Origin: Chlamydia trachomatis
Lineage (GTDB): Bacteria > Chlamydiota > Chlamydiia > Chlamydiales > 2-12-FULL-49-11
Length of the DNA stretch: 39,249 bases
NCBI GenBank assembly: GCA_945897715.1
Contig: CAMDFS010000003.1
Location: forward strand, 1-39,249
Direction: 5' to 3'
Positions 1-9,319 of the stretch are shown here, one piece after another; position 1 is the stretch's first letter; each line of letters opens with the position of its first letter. Both the position numbers and the translations under genes were made by a program. The notes beneath the pieces were generated by a model. The model searched no databases. It saw only the letters and a program-made list of their open reading frames with translations, and was not told where the DNA came from.

Positions 1-390
1 GAGACAATTTCCATTTTTTAAAGGAGCATCTGCACCAGATTGAACAAAATCACCCTGCTTTAAGCCACGAGGAGCAATAATATATCTCTTTTCCCCGTCA
101 ACATAGTTTAACAAAGCAATGTGAGCTGATCTATTTGGATCATATTGGACAGAATCCACTTTTGCCTGGATGCCATCTTTATCTCTTTTAAAATCCACGA
201 TACGATAATGTTTCTTATGACCACCACCACGAGCACGTGAAGTAAGGTGACCTTTTGCATTTCTCCCTATACCTCTTATCTTCTTTGATAACAAAGACTT
301 CAATGGAGTCGCATTTACTGTTAGCTCCTCAATTCCAGGAAGAACAAGAGTTCTTCTTCCAGGTGTAACAGGCTTATATTTTCTTAGCAT
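1..390 (-). CDS. rplB: 50S ribosomal protein L2 (5' part; runs off window start)
   Basis: Manual translation from ATG at 390: [13 protein letters not shown]...[28 protein letters not shown]...[27 protein letters not shown]; follows rplW in S10 operon order. Confidence 0.97.
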   Translation of the reverse strand, partial: MLRKYKPVTPGRRTLVLPGIEELTVNATPLKSLLSKKIRGIGRNAKGHLTSRARGGGHKKHYRIVDFKRDKDGIQAKVDSVQYDPNRSAHIALLNYVDGEKRYIIAPRGLKQGDFVQSGADAPLKNGNCL

Positions 391-404
391 TTCCGATTCC
401 TATA

Positions 405-749
405 TTAACTTTCAAAACTTAATGAGGATCCCTCATGAAGAGTTACAATTGCTTTTTTAATTAACTTTGCAGCACCATGTCTGATACCACGCTTTCTAGA
501 TTTTTTTACTTTTCCAGGAAGGTTAACAATATTTATTTTTTTTACTTTAACATTTTGGTCTTTGTAGGTGTCTTCAATCTCTTTTCTCACTTCAATCTTA
601 TTTGCCCAATTAGCAACTACAAATGTATGCTTTTCGCATTTAAAAGCTCTCAAAGATTTATTGTTTTCCTTATCCTTCAAAGTGGAAAGCATACTGGATT
701 TCTCCGTGACGTGCAATCCTTTGATTATTTCAGATTTTCTTCTATCCAT
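405..749 (-). CDS. rplW: 50S ribosomal protein L23
   Basis: HVTEKS, FVVANWANKIEV, VKVKKINIVN and KKAIVTL motifs; between rplD and rplB. Confidence 0.95.
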   Translation of the reverse strand: MDRRKSEIIKGLHVTEKSSMLSTLKDKENNKSLRAFKCEKHTFVVANWANKIEVRKEIEDTYKDQNVKVKKINIVNLPGKVKKSRKRGIRHGAAKLIKKAIVTLHEGSSLSFES

Positions 750-1404
750 TATTTCCTCTCACCAATTCTTTAAGGTTTTCAAAAGCTGTATCAATTACCA
801 CAATATGTTGATGTGCAAGCACTGTATATCCATTCAAATTTTCTATATACTGACATGAAATCTTAGGGATATTAGATAAACTTTTCTGAAAATTCTTCAC
901 TTCTTGACCATCACGCTTATTAAGTAGAAATAAACAACTCTTTGTCATACCAATGTTCTTTAAAAACTTTGCCATTAATGATGTCTTTGGCACTTTGCAT
1001 TTTGATGAAATTTCATCTTTCAAGAAAATTACACGATCATTCTCTATTTTTTCTGAAAGAAGTGTAGCAATTACCGTTCTTTTTTCTTTTCTATTAATTC
1101 TTATATGCTGATCAAACTTTGGCTTAGGAGTATGTACTCTTCCACCACCTTTATACTGAGGAGCTCCTAAGAATCCCTGTCTAGCCTTACCTGTACCTTT
1201 TTGAGCGTGAGGTTTTGCCCCTGAGTGGTTAGCCTGGCTTCTGTCTTTTGTATTTGCAGACCATTGCCTTGCATTTTCTCTTAACGCTCTGATATAATCT
1301 TTTGTTGACTGCGGATGCGCTCTTCCATCTTCTGATAGAATAACTAGCTCAATTCCATCAAGCTCTTTTCCATCAAGGTCATACTGTTTACATTTCTTCG
1401 ACAT
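742..1404 (-). CDS. rplD: 50S ribosomal protein L4
   Basis: KPHAQKGTGKARQG and PQYKGGGRVHTPKP motifs; second ATG (1404) preferred from GAGGA spacing, ORF extends to 1410. Confidence 0.96.
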   Translation of the reverse strand: MSKKCKQYDLDGKELDGIELVILSEDGRAHPQSTKDYIRALRENARQWSANTKDRSQANHSGAKPHAQKGTGKARQGFLGAPQYKGGGRVHTPKPKFDQHIRINRKEKRTVIATLLSEKIENDRVIFLKDEISSKCKVPKTSLMAKFLKNIGMTKSCLFLLNKRDGQEVKNFQKSLSNIPKISCQYIENLNGYTVLAHQHIVVIDTAFENLKELVRGNNG

Positions 1405-1420
1405 AGTCATTATCCTCTAA

Positions 1421-2062
1421 TTACTTCTTTCCCTTGATATTGTTTCTAACATAGACTGTTCCGCCATTAGATCCTGGGACAGATCCTTTAATGACCATCA
1501 CTCCAAGCTCTTTATCTATATCAAGAATTTCTAGTCCTTCAGCGCAGCAATTTTCATTACCCATCTGTCCAGACCCTTTCTTTCCTTTTTGCACACGTCC
1601 ATGTGAAGTCAATGACCCTGAAGAACCAAGATGTCTAACAACTGGACCTGCTCCATGAGACTTATGAATACATGCCTTACCAAATCTTTTAACCACACCC
1701 TGATGCCCTTTACCTTTTGTAGTACCATGAACATCGACATACGCCCCTACAGCAAAGTAAGTTGCATCTACATTTTCACCAACTTTCAGATCAAATGTCC
1801 CTCTAGACTCTACTAGAGTCTTCATAGGAACCATACCATCTTTAAATTGGCCAAGATCGGGTTTTTTAGCTCTTCTTTTTTGCGACTCGCTTAATGCAAA
1901 TGCTGCAAGTTTTACAGCTACATAACCATCTGATTCAGTTGTTTTAGACTGAAGCACAAGGTGCGATTGAATTTCAAGAACAGTGCATGGAATATTTTTT
2001 CCACTTTTAGAACAGAACACGCGAGTCATGCCGCGCTTCTTTCCAATTAGAGTTAGAGACAT
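1421..2062 (-). CDS. rplC: 50S ribosomal protein L3
   Basis: IGKKRGMT, VDVHGTTKGKGHQGVVKRFG, GQMG and KGSVPG motifs; start set at MSLTLIG (2062) with AAGGA upstream. Confidence 0.96.
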   Translation of the reverse strand: MSLTLIGKKRGMTRVFCSKSGKNIPCTVLEIQSHLVLQSKTTESDGYVAVKLAAFALSESQKRRAKKPDLGQFKDGMVPMKTLVESRGTFDLKVGENVDATYFAVGAYVDVHGTTKGKGHQGVVKRFGKACIHKSHGAGPVVRHLGSSGSLTSHGRVQKGKKGSGQMGNENCCAEGLEILDIDKELGVMVIKGSVPGSNGGTVYVRNNIKGKK

Positions 2063-2176
2063 ACTATTATCCTTTATAGCAGTTTCCCTTCTCATAAAGA
2101 AGGCTGAATTTTATTTAATCGTTAGGTCTGAATTTAGAATCTACGATAAGTTATGCGAAGATGTTATCAAATAGAA

Positions 2177-2365
2177 TCATTTAAAGACAATGGTTTTTTT
2201 ATTTTTTTTTGCTTCCCCCTGAACTACAGAGGAAGACCCTGCCATTTTAATTTTAATTATAGTGACTTTTGCCTTAGAAATGACAAAAGTACCTCCAATC
2301 ATAGAGGCTATGATTATAAAAATTAGCCATTCAGATTTTGTTAACTTTTCAGTTGAGTGGGACAT
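2177..2365 (-). CDS. small single-TM membrane protein, hypothetical
   Basis: 62-aa ORF with one hydrophobic helix (EWLIFIIIASMIGGTFVIS) and a basic tail; overlaps the upstream gene's 3' end by 17 bp. Confidence 0.55.
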   Translation of the reverse strand: MSHSTEKLTKSEWLIFIIIASMIGGTFVISKAKVTIIKIKMAGSSSVVQGEAKKNKKTIVFK

Positions 2366-2936
2366 CTAATGCATACTTACGTTCAATTTCATCAATTTTA
2401 CACACCCTATGAATTATTTGATAGGCGATAAAGAGTATAATGGTTAGTGCAACAATTGCAATAAGTCCTGGCAAGAAGAAAGCAGCTCCAGAGAAAAACA
2501 TCAGCCCTATAGAAATTATTGAGAGTGATAACACGATAAAATGCATTGTAATTTCCATATGCTTCACCATAGAGTATAAAGTGATCTCCTTTACAGCCTC
2601 AAAATCGCCATTCTGCTTCCTCAGAGCTGTTTCTGCCTCTAATTTAGGCTTACACCTTGACATCTTTGTTACTGCAATGACGATGCATGTTAGCGCTGCC
2701 GCCATGCTAATAAGAGCCCCCACAATGGGTACAAACTTAAAAAAGGCTTCAGCAGCTAAATAAGCAGCAGTTGTCATAAAACATTTTGCTAATACATCGA
2801 CTCCTTGCGAACAGATCGAGAAGAGATTTAATATTGCAAAAGATAACCTGGCACTTACATCCCCTTTTTGACTAGCTACATCTGCAGAGCCTACCCCTGG
2901 CACACCTGCTACCACAATAAAAGCACTTAAACTCAT
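2349..2936 (-). CDS. putative inclusion-membrane (Inc-like) hydrophobic protein
   Basis: Two long hydrophobic stretches, the C-terminal one bilobed (HFIVLSLSIISIGLMFFSGAAFFLPGLIAIVALTIILFIAY); GGAG 6 nt before ATG 2936; ORF extends to 2948. Confidence 0.6.
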   Translation of the reverse strand: MSLSAFIVVAGVPGVGSADVASQKGDVSARLSFAILNLFSICSQGVDVLAKCFMTTAAYLAAEAFFKFVPIVGALISMAAALTCIVIAVTKMSRCKPKLEAETALRKQNGDFEAVKEITLYSMVKHMEITMHFIVLSLSIISIGLMFFSGAAFFLPGLIAIVALTIILFIAYQIIHRVCKIDEIERKYALDVPLN

Positions 2937-2960
2937 ACTACACTCCATAATTAAATCATA

Positions 2961-2989
2961 ATTTTAACAAGAAACAAAAATACACGCAA
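2961..2989 (-). promoter_or_regulatory. putative sigma66/70 promoter TTGCGT-N17-TAAAAT (with TG extension)
   Basis: Minus strand: -35 at 2989-2984 and -10 at 2966-2961, upstream of the 2936 start. Confidence 0.5.
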
Positions 2990-3010
2990 GAAGTATCTTG
3001 CGTGTATTTT
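2976..3010 (-). terminator. intrinsic terminator after the 428-aa gene
   Basis: Perfect 15-bp inverted repeat AAAATACACGCAAGA (2977-2991) / TCTTGCGTGTATTTT (2996-3010), 4-nt loop, U-tract on the minus strand. Confidence 0.85.
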
Positions 3011-3036
3011 ATGATTAAAATTTTAAATAACCAGTC

Positions 3037-4323
3037 TTATTCGTTCTTCGTTTCATCAGCACCAACATCAGCACCATCAACACCATCACCATCACCATCA
3101 GCACCAGCAGCAGCTTCATCTTCATCTTCTAATTCCTTAATCCATGCGTCTGCATCATTTAAAGGCCCATGTGTTAGAAGATAATCACTTATGCCTTCAG
3201 CAGACATCTCAGTTAGCGAGGATTCAGCATGAAGGTCTAAAATTATTTTTACTAGAGATAGAACACCTACTATACCAGACAATACAGGCATTACAACAGC
3301 AGACAGGACAAGAGATAAGGCAGCTACAATCACTGTAAATACTCCCATAACAATACTCACAATTCCAAGAGCGATTTTAGCTCCGTTTGATATTTGCTTT
3401 TCTAATGTAGGAAACGAATTGTGTTCTAACTTGTGTTTTTTCTCAGCCAAAGATCCATTAATGATATCTATTAACCCTTGCAAAATTTTAAATGTTGGTA
3501 CAAGATACTTAAGAACTGTCAAGAAAAACTCTTTGATGTGTATAAAAGCTTTATCTGCAAGATACTGCACAACTTTAATTGCTTTTTCAAATATTCCGAT
3601 TGTATTTGAACTCGCCTCTAAAATTTTATCCCTATAGGCATCCTGTAAACCCTTTTTCTCAGAATCGCCTTCACAAGCAGCCAACTCTTTTCCTGCATTG
3701 ATACCTTCACCAATAGCCTTTACAGCTTTCAAGGCATTTGCTGCTAAGGCAGCTAAACTACCTGCTGCTGCACCAGCCTTGCTATCATTTGACATTTGCG
3801 TAGAAAAAGCACCAACTGGACCAGACACTTTCGTACAAGCGCCTACAACTGCACCAATAGCTTCTCCACTTAACAGTACACCTGCAACAATGACACCTAC
3901 AGGCATACTTGCAGAACTAGCGCCAACAAGAACGCGTCTAACATTGCCATTATTATCAAGAACGGTTTTAAATTTTATTTTAGTTACGGCTTTGACACTT
4001 ACAGTTTTTGCCTTTTTTAAGTCAGGATGAGCCTTTGTAGATGTTATAGCTTCAAAAACAGCTGTACGCGCCTCTTTTATCGCATCAACTCCCCTACCTT
4101 TGGTTTCTTTTAATTTTTTTACACATTCTTTTATATTTGCATTCCTAGCATCCTTTTTTTTCTGCGCCGCTGATTTCCATGGTTCTTTTGGTAATGCTCC
4201 TTTAGCAACCTTTGTAATACTTGCATCACTGCTTGCTCTGCTTTCTCTGCCGCTACTTACTGGACTGATATGAGCGCTAACTGCTGGACTTACTTGACTT
4301 ACTGGACTTGCTGAACCTGACAT
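3037..4323 (-). CDS. putative type III-secreted inclusion membrane protein (Inc-like)
   Basis: Ser/Pro-rich N-terminus (MSGSASPVSQVSPAVS), Lys-rich region, ~45-aa bilobed hydrophobic domain (IALGIVSIVMGVFTVIVAALSLVLSAVVMPVLSGIVGVLSLV), acidic tail; AGGAG RBS. Confidence 0.65.
   Translation of the reverse strand: MSGSASPVSQVSPAVSAHISPVSSGRESRASSDASITKVAKGALPKEPWKSAAQKKKDARNANIKECVKKLKETKGRGVDAIKEARTAVFEAITSTKAHPDLKKAKTVSVKAVTKIKFKTVLDNNGNVRRVLVGASSASMPVGVIVAGVLLSGEAIGAVVGACTKVSGPVGAFSTQMSNDSKAGAAAGSLAALAANALKAVKAIGEGINAGKELAACEGDSEKKGLQDAYRDKILEASSNTIGIFEKAIKVVQYLADKAFIHIKEFFLTVLKYLVPTFKILQGLIDIINGSLAEKKHKLEHNSFPTLEKQISNGAKIALGIVSIVMGVFTVIVAALSLVLSAVVMPVLSGIVGVLSLVKIILDLHAESSLTEMSAEGISDYLLTHGPLNDADAWIKELEDEDEAAAGADGDGDGVDGADVGADETKNE
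3054..3129 (-). repeat. low-complexity coding repeat (EDEDEAAAGADGDGDGVDGADVGAD)
   Basis: Imperfect CATCAC/CATCAG/CACCAT repeats on the + strand encoding the acidic Gly/Asp tail of the 428-aa protein. Confidence 0.6.
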
Positions 4324-4546
4324 ATATAAATCTCCTTTTTAACTATTTTTCTCGTTTTATTGAGATGATTGTATTTTAAAAACTCTAAATTCTTCGAAAT
4401 GTTTTGGAGAAAAATCAGTTGTAAATTCAATTTTTTTAGTGATAGTCTTTTAACTGCTTTCTTCTTAACTTCCCGTAAGCAAGAAGCATACACGAATTCT
4501 TTATTAAATGCAAACAAATGCAACGTAAAGAATCTACAAATTTTTT

Positions 4547-5500
4547 TTAATTTTGTAAAATCAGCGCAGGAGCGTGACCTTGCGAGCCATTAATAAAATC
4601 TTGAACGTGCATTAATTTTTTATTTTCTGGTTGTAACATTGAAATTTTTAACACTCCATCTCTACAACCAATTAACCATCCATCTCCCTTAGAAAAGGCT
4701 AAAGTGTGCGGTTTTTGCGATGTTTCTGAAGAATTTTTTGTAGCTTTTGTAATCTTTATTATAGAATCTTTACCACGTATTTGGATTTTAGCCAAGGCAC
4801 CTGGAATATCTCCAAATGCACGAATAAAATTTACAATATCATCGATACTTTTTGACCAGTTAATCCATGCATCTTCTTTACTAAATTTTTTAGTAAATGT
4901 TACCTCTCCCTCTTGCGGGGTTTTTGTAACAGTATTTTTTTCAAAATCATCTAAACATGCAAATAGGACCTCGGCAGCTTTTATAAACATTCTTTTTTGA
5001 ATATCGGTATGATTTTCCTCTAAAGAAATCTCTAACCTCTCCATTTTTAAAATAGCACCAGCATCCATCGCTTTGACCATTTCAATAATTGCCACGCCAA
5101 TTGTTTGCTCGCCAGCAAGAATTGCAGAGCGAAGCGGAGAAGCTCCACGGTATTTTGGTAGTGCAGAAGGATGTATATTAATTGGCAGTAATTTTGGAAT
5201 AGCAAGAAGCTCATCATTAATAATTTCGCCGTAAGAAACCACTACAAATAAGTCTGGAGAAAAGGTTCGTAATGTTTGAGCAAAATCTGAAGTAGATGCT
5301 TTTTCAGGCTGAAAACAGGGTATATCTGGATAATTTTCTTCTAAAAACTTCTTTACTGGCGATGGCAAAAGCTCTCCACCACGTTTTTTTGCCCTATTAG
5401 GCTTTGTAACCACAGCAAGAACTCTTTTTCCGCTAGAAAGGAGTTTTGACAAAATATATGCAGCAAACTCATCGGTACCAAAAAAAATGATCGTAAGCAT
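4547..5500 (-). CDS. fmt: methionyl-tRNA formyltransferase
   Basis: IFFGTDEFA, VVTKP, VVVSYG, INIHPSALPKYRGASP and MDAGAI motifs; GGAGG RBS before ATG 5500. Confidence 0.96.
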   Translation of the reverse strand: MLTIIFFGTDEFAAYILSKLLSSGKRVLAVVTKPNRAKKRGGELLPSPVKKFLEENYPDIPCFQPEKASTSDFAQTLRTFSPDLFVVVSYGEIINDELLAIPKLLPINIHPSALPKYRGASPLRSAILAGEQTIGVAIIEMVKAMDAGAILKMERLEISLEENHTDIQKRMFIKAAEVLFACLDDFEKNTVTKTPQEGEVTFTKKFSKEDAWINWSKSIDDIVNFIRAFGDIPGALAKIQIRGKDSIIKITKATKNSSETSQKPHTLAFSKGDGWLIGCRDGVLKISMLQPENKKLMHVQDFINGSQGHAPALILQN

Positions 5501-5509
5501 CAAAACCTC

Positions 5510-6337
5510 CTAAGTATTACTGAAAGATTTATCCATTTCTTGCGTTATCAATTCTTTCCTATAAGGGGCAAGGCCCTTTTTTGAGCTACTGCAAAATGCA
5601 ATCCAATTATCAATGTAATCACTTTGAGGAATTGTTTCAAGGATCTGCTCACGAGCCTCACTCCATTTCAATCCCATTTTATAGGTAATACGAAATGCCT
5701 TAGCTAAGCTTCGCTGGATACTTGCCGGAAAACTTCTCCGCTTCATTCCCACAATATTTAAGCAGCTTACTTTGCAAGGGTATCCAGAGCAAATAGCATA
5801 AGGAGGAATATCAAGGACAACCATGGATCCACCCCCAACCATTGCATGATCTCCAATACGAAGTTTTTGAGCAATTGCACATAACCCACCCAAAATCACA
5901 AAATCCCCCACCGTAACATGTCCGGCAAGAGTGGCCCCATTAGTCATAATTACATTATTCCCCACTACACAGTTGTGAGCAACAAAGGAATAGGGCATAA
6001 GGAGGCAATTATCCCCCACCTTTACTCTTGTCCCCTCCCCGCACGAAGAATTAATAGAGACATATTCACGAATATCACAGTTTTTCCCAATTTCAACGTA
6101 GGTTGCCTCCCCCTTAAACGTTAAATTCGTTGTGGGAGCACCAAGTGCTGCAAAAGAAGCCACTTTAGTACCCCTCCCTATCGTTACATTCCCCTCAATA
6201 GTCACATGGGATTTAATCTCAACATCCTCTTCCAAGACAATCCCTGGGGAATCTAAGATGCAATAAGGGCCAATGACCACATTTTTTCCTATCTTTGCAT
6301 TTTTATGAACAATTGCAGTTGCATGTATATTTGGCAT
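5510..6337 (-). CDS. lpxA: UDP-N-acetylglucosamine O-acyltransferase
   Basis: IHATAIV hexapeptide repeats, IREYVSI, VAHNC, LAGHV; next to fabZ and lpxC. Confidence 0.95.
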   Translation of the reverse strand: MPNIHATAIVHKNAKIGKNVVIGPYCILDSPGIVLEEDVEIKSHVTIEGNVTIGRGTKVASFAALGAPTTNLTFKGEATYVEIGKNCDIREYVSINSSCGEGTRVKVGDNCLLMPYSFVAHNCVVGNNVIMTNGATLAGHVTVGDFVILGGLCAIAQKLRIGDHAMVGGGSMVVLDIPPYAICSGYPCKVSCLNIVGMKRRSFPASIQRSLAKAFRITYKMGLKWSEAREQILETIPQSDYIDNWIAFCSSSKKGLAPYRKELITQEMDKSFSNT

Positions 6338-6343
6338 TAAATT

Positions 6344-6799
6344 CTATTCCTTTCCTTTCTCTTTTATAATGGAAAATGTCATCTCACCTTCAGCACATTT
6401 CTTGCCATCTACTTCTACTACCCCTTTGCATTTACCGCCCACAACAGAGGCATGTGTGACATCAAGTGTTAGCTTCATCGTATCTCCCGGGTAGACAGGA
6501 TTACGAAATTTGAAATTCTTAATAGCCACAAGGACCTTAAGGCCCTCATATTCTTTTAAAGAGATGAAAATTGCCCCCACTTGAGCAAGTGCCTCCACCA
6601 TTAAAACTCCAGGCATCATCGGTTCTTTTGGAAAGTGCCCTTTAAAAAATGGCTCATCCCCGGAAAGGGTTTTATAGGCAATCATTTGTCTTGTTTCTAT
6701 ATTAAAAGACTCTACATAATCCACAAATAAAAACGGCTCTCTGTGAGGAATTCTTCTCTTTATCTCTTCTAAATCCATCCCTTCTTTTACTTTGATCAT
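6344..6799 (-). CDS. fabZ: 3-hydroxyacyl-ACP dehydratase
   Basis: IPHREPFLFVD and FFKGHFPKEPMMPGVLMVEALAQ signatures. Confidence 0.96.
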   Translation of the reverse strand: MIKVKEGMDLEEIKRRIPHREPFLFVDYVESFNIETRQMIAYKTLSGDEPFFKGHFPKEPMMPGVLMVEALAQVGAIFISLKEYEGLKVLVAIKNFKFRNPVYPGDTMKLTLDVTHASVVGGKCKGVVEVDGKKCAEGEMTFSIIKEKGKE

Positions 6800-7723
6800 C
6801 TAATTCTCCGTAATACGAGCATGTAAAAGTTTAGAAAGCTTTGTATTTAACTCATGACCACTACAAATCCCAATAAAATGTGCACACACAGGGGCCCCAA
6901 TTAAAGACAAATCCCCAATCATATCCAAAATCTTGTGACGTACCATTTCGTTTGGAAAACAAAGCCCTTCAGGATTTAGGATCTTATCCCCATCAACAAT
7001 CACCCCCTGGTTTAAGCTTGCCCCTTTTAGAATTTTTTTCTCAATAAGCACCTTCACCTCTTCCCTAAGAGCAAATGTTCTACACGGGGCAATCTCCTTT
7101 ATATAGGAATCTTTTGTTAAAACAAGAGAGTAAAACTGAGAGGAAAGGATAGGCTGCCCTGGATAGGCAATGGTGAAACTAAATTTTAGTTCTTCTGAGG
7201 GAAGGGCAATAACTTGCGAGGATCCCCCATCTATATAGAGCGGCTCCTCTAAATGAAACACCTGCTGCATCCTATTTATTGGCTGGATTTGAGCCTTTTC
7301 AAGCATTGCCACAAATTCTTTACTACTACCATCAAAAATTGGAGGTTCAGAACTATCTAATTCAATGATAAGATCATCAATGCCCAAAGCATAAACAGCT
7401 GAAAGGACATGCTCAACACACTCAATCCTCATTTCATCGTTGCCAAGGATTGTACATCGAGGTGTCGCTTTTAAATGATCGATAGTTGCCTTCAAAAAGG
7501 GTTTTCCTGGTAGATCTATCCGTCTAAAATAAATCCCTTCCTCATCTGTTGGGAGAAAAGACATGGTAACAGCATTATTTGAAAAAAGCCCCACCCCCTG
7601 CATTGAACTCTTCTGACAAATTGTCTGTCGATTTCTTTCCTTTACCGTATAACCGAATGTTCCAGCTTTGCTTTCTTGATATATAGGCAAGTGATCTCCT
7701 TTATTTACAGTATACGAGGGCAA
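6800..7723 (-). CDS. lpxC: UDP-3-O-acyl-GlcNAc deacetylase
   Basis: GVGLFS, VEHVLSA, EPPIFDGSS, IAPCRTF and RHKILDMIGDL zinc-site motifs; start uncertain (TTG). Confidence 0.95.
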   Translation of the reverse strand: MPSYTVNKGDHLPIYQESKAGTFGYTVKERNRQTICQKSSMQGVGLFSNNAVTMSFLPTDEEGIYFRRIDLPGKPFLKATIDHLKATPRCTILGNDEMRIECVEHVLSAVYALGIDDLIIELDSSEPPIFDGSSKEFVAMLEKAQIQPINRMQQVFHLEEPLYIDGGSSQVIALPSEELKFSFTIAYPGQPILSSQFYSLVLTKDSYIKEIAPCRTFALREEVKVLIEKKILKGASLNQGVIVDGDKILNPEGLCFPNEMVRHKILDMIGDLSLIGAPVCAHFIGICSGHELNTKLSKLLHARITEN

Positions 7724-7738
7724 ATTATTACTGAAATA

Positions 7739-9319
7739 TTATTCTAAAGGGCATTTTTTGATCAAGCTTTTAAAAGCTCCATTTAGAGCTGCTGCACAAA
7801 TCAGGACGATAAAACACCATCCAAGGTTACCCACTATAGAAAAAATCGTTTTCACTCTATATGGGACAAAAGAATCAATCAACAGCGCCTTATGGAGCCG
7901 TCCATTTGGTTCCACAGATGGGATATGTTTTACTACCTCCCCCGTAGGAGAAATAATTGCAGAGATTCCAATATTTCCCGCACGAATGGAGTACATGCCA
8001 TTTTCTACAGAACGCATTCTTCCAACAAAAAAATGACTATCCACTAACTTTGAGTTAATAAACCATGCATCATTACTTAAATTGATATGGAATTCTGGGT
8101 CATCTTTTCGATAACTTAGAAAATCTCCTGGAAATCCCTCGTCAAAACAAATCGTAGGGAGAATTCTCCATTTACCACGAAGCAAACTTGGTGATTCCCC
8201 TTTTTTAAAAGACCCGTCAAGCCCATATGACCTTGCTATCGGCTTTAAAAAATCAAAAGGGATGTACTCCCCTAACGGCAAAAGGCGCCTCTTGCTATAT
8301 AAACCTAACATTTTTCCTTGCGATAGGTAGAACATGGAGTTTTTTTCCTCAGCGACAAGGCCAATAAGAATATCTGTGTTCAAATAGATGGACATCACAG
8401 AAAAAACATCCAGATTACTAAACGCCTCCTTCCCATAAAAAAATGGGAGCATATCTTCAGGAAAAACCTCTCTTAAATCTTCTATAGAATATCGATTAGC
8501 AAGCCCATCTCCAGGAAGGCAGGCTTCAGGAAGACAGATCAGATCCAGGCCATCTAAAGTACTCACAAATGCCCAAATGGAGGTAAGCTGATCCTTTGTT
8601 GGAATAAATGATGTCTCATTTCCATCAATAGGCCATTTCTCTTCCACTAAAAGCCCTGTTTGGACAATTGCTAAATGGATCTTTTCACTATAGCTTACCT
8701 TTCGAAGGTGCTGAGAATAGATAATTTGCCCACAAAGCATTGGCAGAAGGGCAAAAGCTCCATAACGCCAAGGCCTATTTAAAACAAAACATTTTGTACT
8801 GTACAAACCTACCATAATCACCACAAAAGAGAGTCCATACTCTCCAATTACAGAAGCAAGTATTAAAGGATAGGCATGTCCAGATAAAATCAACCCTGCC
8901 GTGTGAAAGGGGAAGCCACAAATCACAAAGAGGCGAGAGTATTCAAAACAAGCAAACAATAGTGCAAGTTGAAGAATTTTTGAAAAAGATAAGGCTCTTA
9001 CTTCTTTTGGGAGAAAATAACCAAATGCATAAAATCCTATAGGGAAAACACAAGAAAAGAAGAGATAGACAAAGATAATTGCAGTTCCATGGTATTTAGC
9101 AATCCCCAACCAATGCATCTGCACAAGAAAATACAAAATTCCACACCCATATAGGTATAGAGCCCTACCTTTCCTCTCATTAAAGAAAAATGCTGAGAGT
9201 ATAAGCGCTGGGTAACCAAAAAAATAGGCTAATAAACATAACCCTTTTGATGAGGGCGTAGCAAAAAGCATCAGAGGGATACAAAAAAGTGAATAGATGA
9301 ACGCCTTTTTAGATATCAT
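7739..9319 (-). CDS. lnt: apolipoprotein N-acyltransferase
   Basis: Multi-TM N-terminus plus nitrilase triad motifs LPEAC, YSKRRLLPLGEYIP, ICFDE, and NLSNDAWF, RSVEN. Confidence 0.93.
   Translation of the reverse strand: MISKKAFIYSLFCIPLMLFATPSSKGLCLLAYFFGYPALILSAFFFNERKGRALYLYGCGILYFLVQMHWLGIAKYHGTAIIFVYLFFSCVFPIGFYAFGYFLPKEVRALSFSKILQLALLFACFEYSRLFVICGFPFHTAGLILSGHAYPLILASVIGEYGLSFVVIMVGLYSTKCFVLNRPWRYGAFALLPMLCGQIIYSQHLRKVSYSEKIHLAIVQTGLLVEEKWPIDGNETSFIPTKDQLTSIWAFVSTLDGLDLICLPEACLPGDGLANRYSIEDLREVFPEDMLPFFYGKEAFSNLDVFSVMSIYLNTDILIGLVAEEKNSMFYLSQGKMLGLYSKRRLLPLGEYIPFDFLKPIARSYGLDGSFKKGESPSLLRGKWRILPTICFDEGFPGDFLSYRKDDPEFHINLSNDAWFINSKLVDSHFFVGRMRSVENGMYSIRAGNIGISAIISPTGEVVKHIPSVEPNGRLHKALLIDSFVPYRVKTIFSIVGNLGWCFIVLICAAALNGAFKSLIKKCPLE

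Noticed and set aside
2063-2176. rpsJ missing from the head of the S10 operon
   Set aside because: This is the known chlamydial arrangement, with rpsJ located elsewhere.
3002-4030. Plus-strand ORFs opposite the 428-aa gene (e.g. 3002-3184 PSPSP-rich, 3698-4030)
   Set aside because: Antisense shadows of a low-complexity Ala/Gly/Asp-rich coding region.
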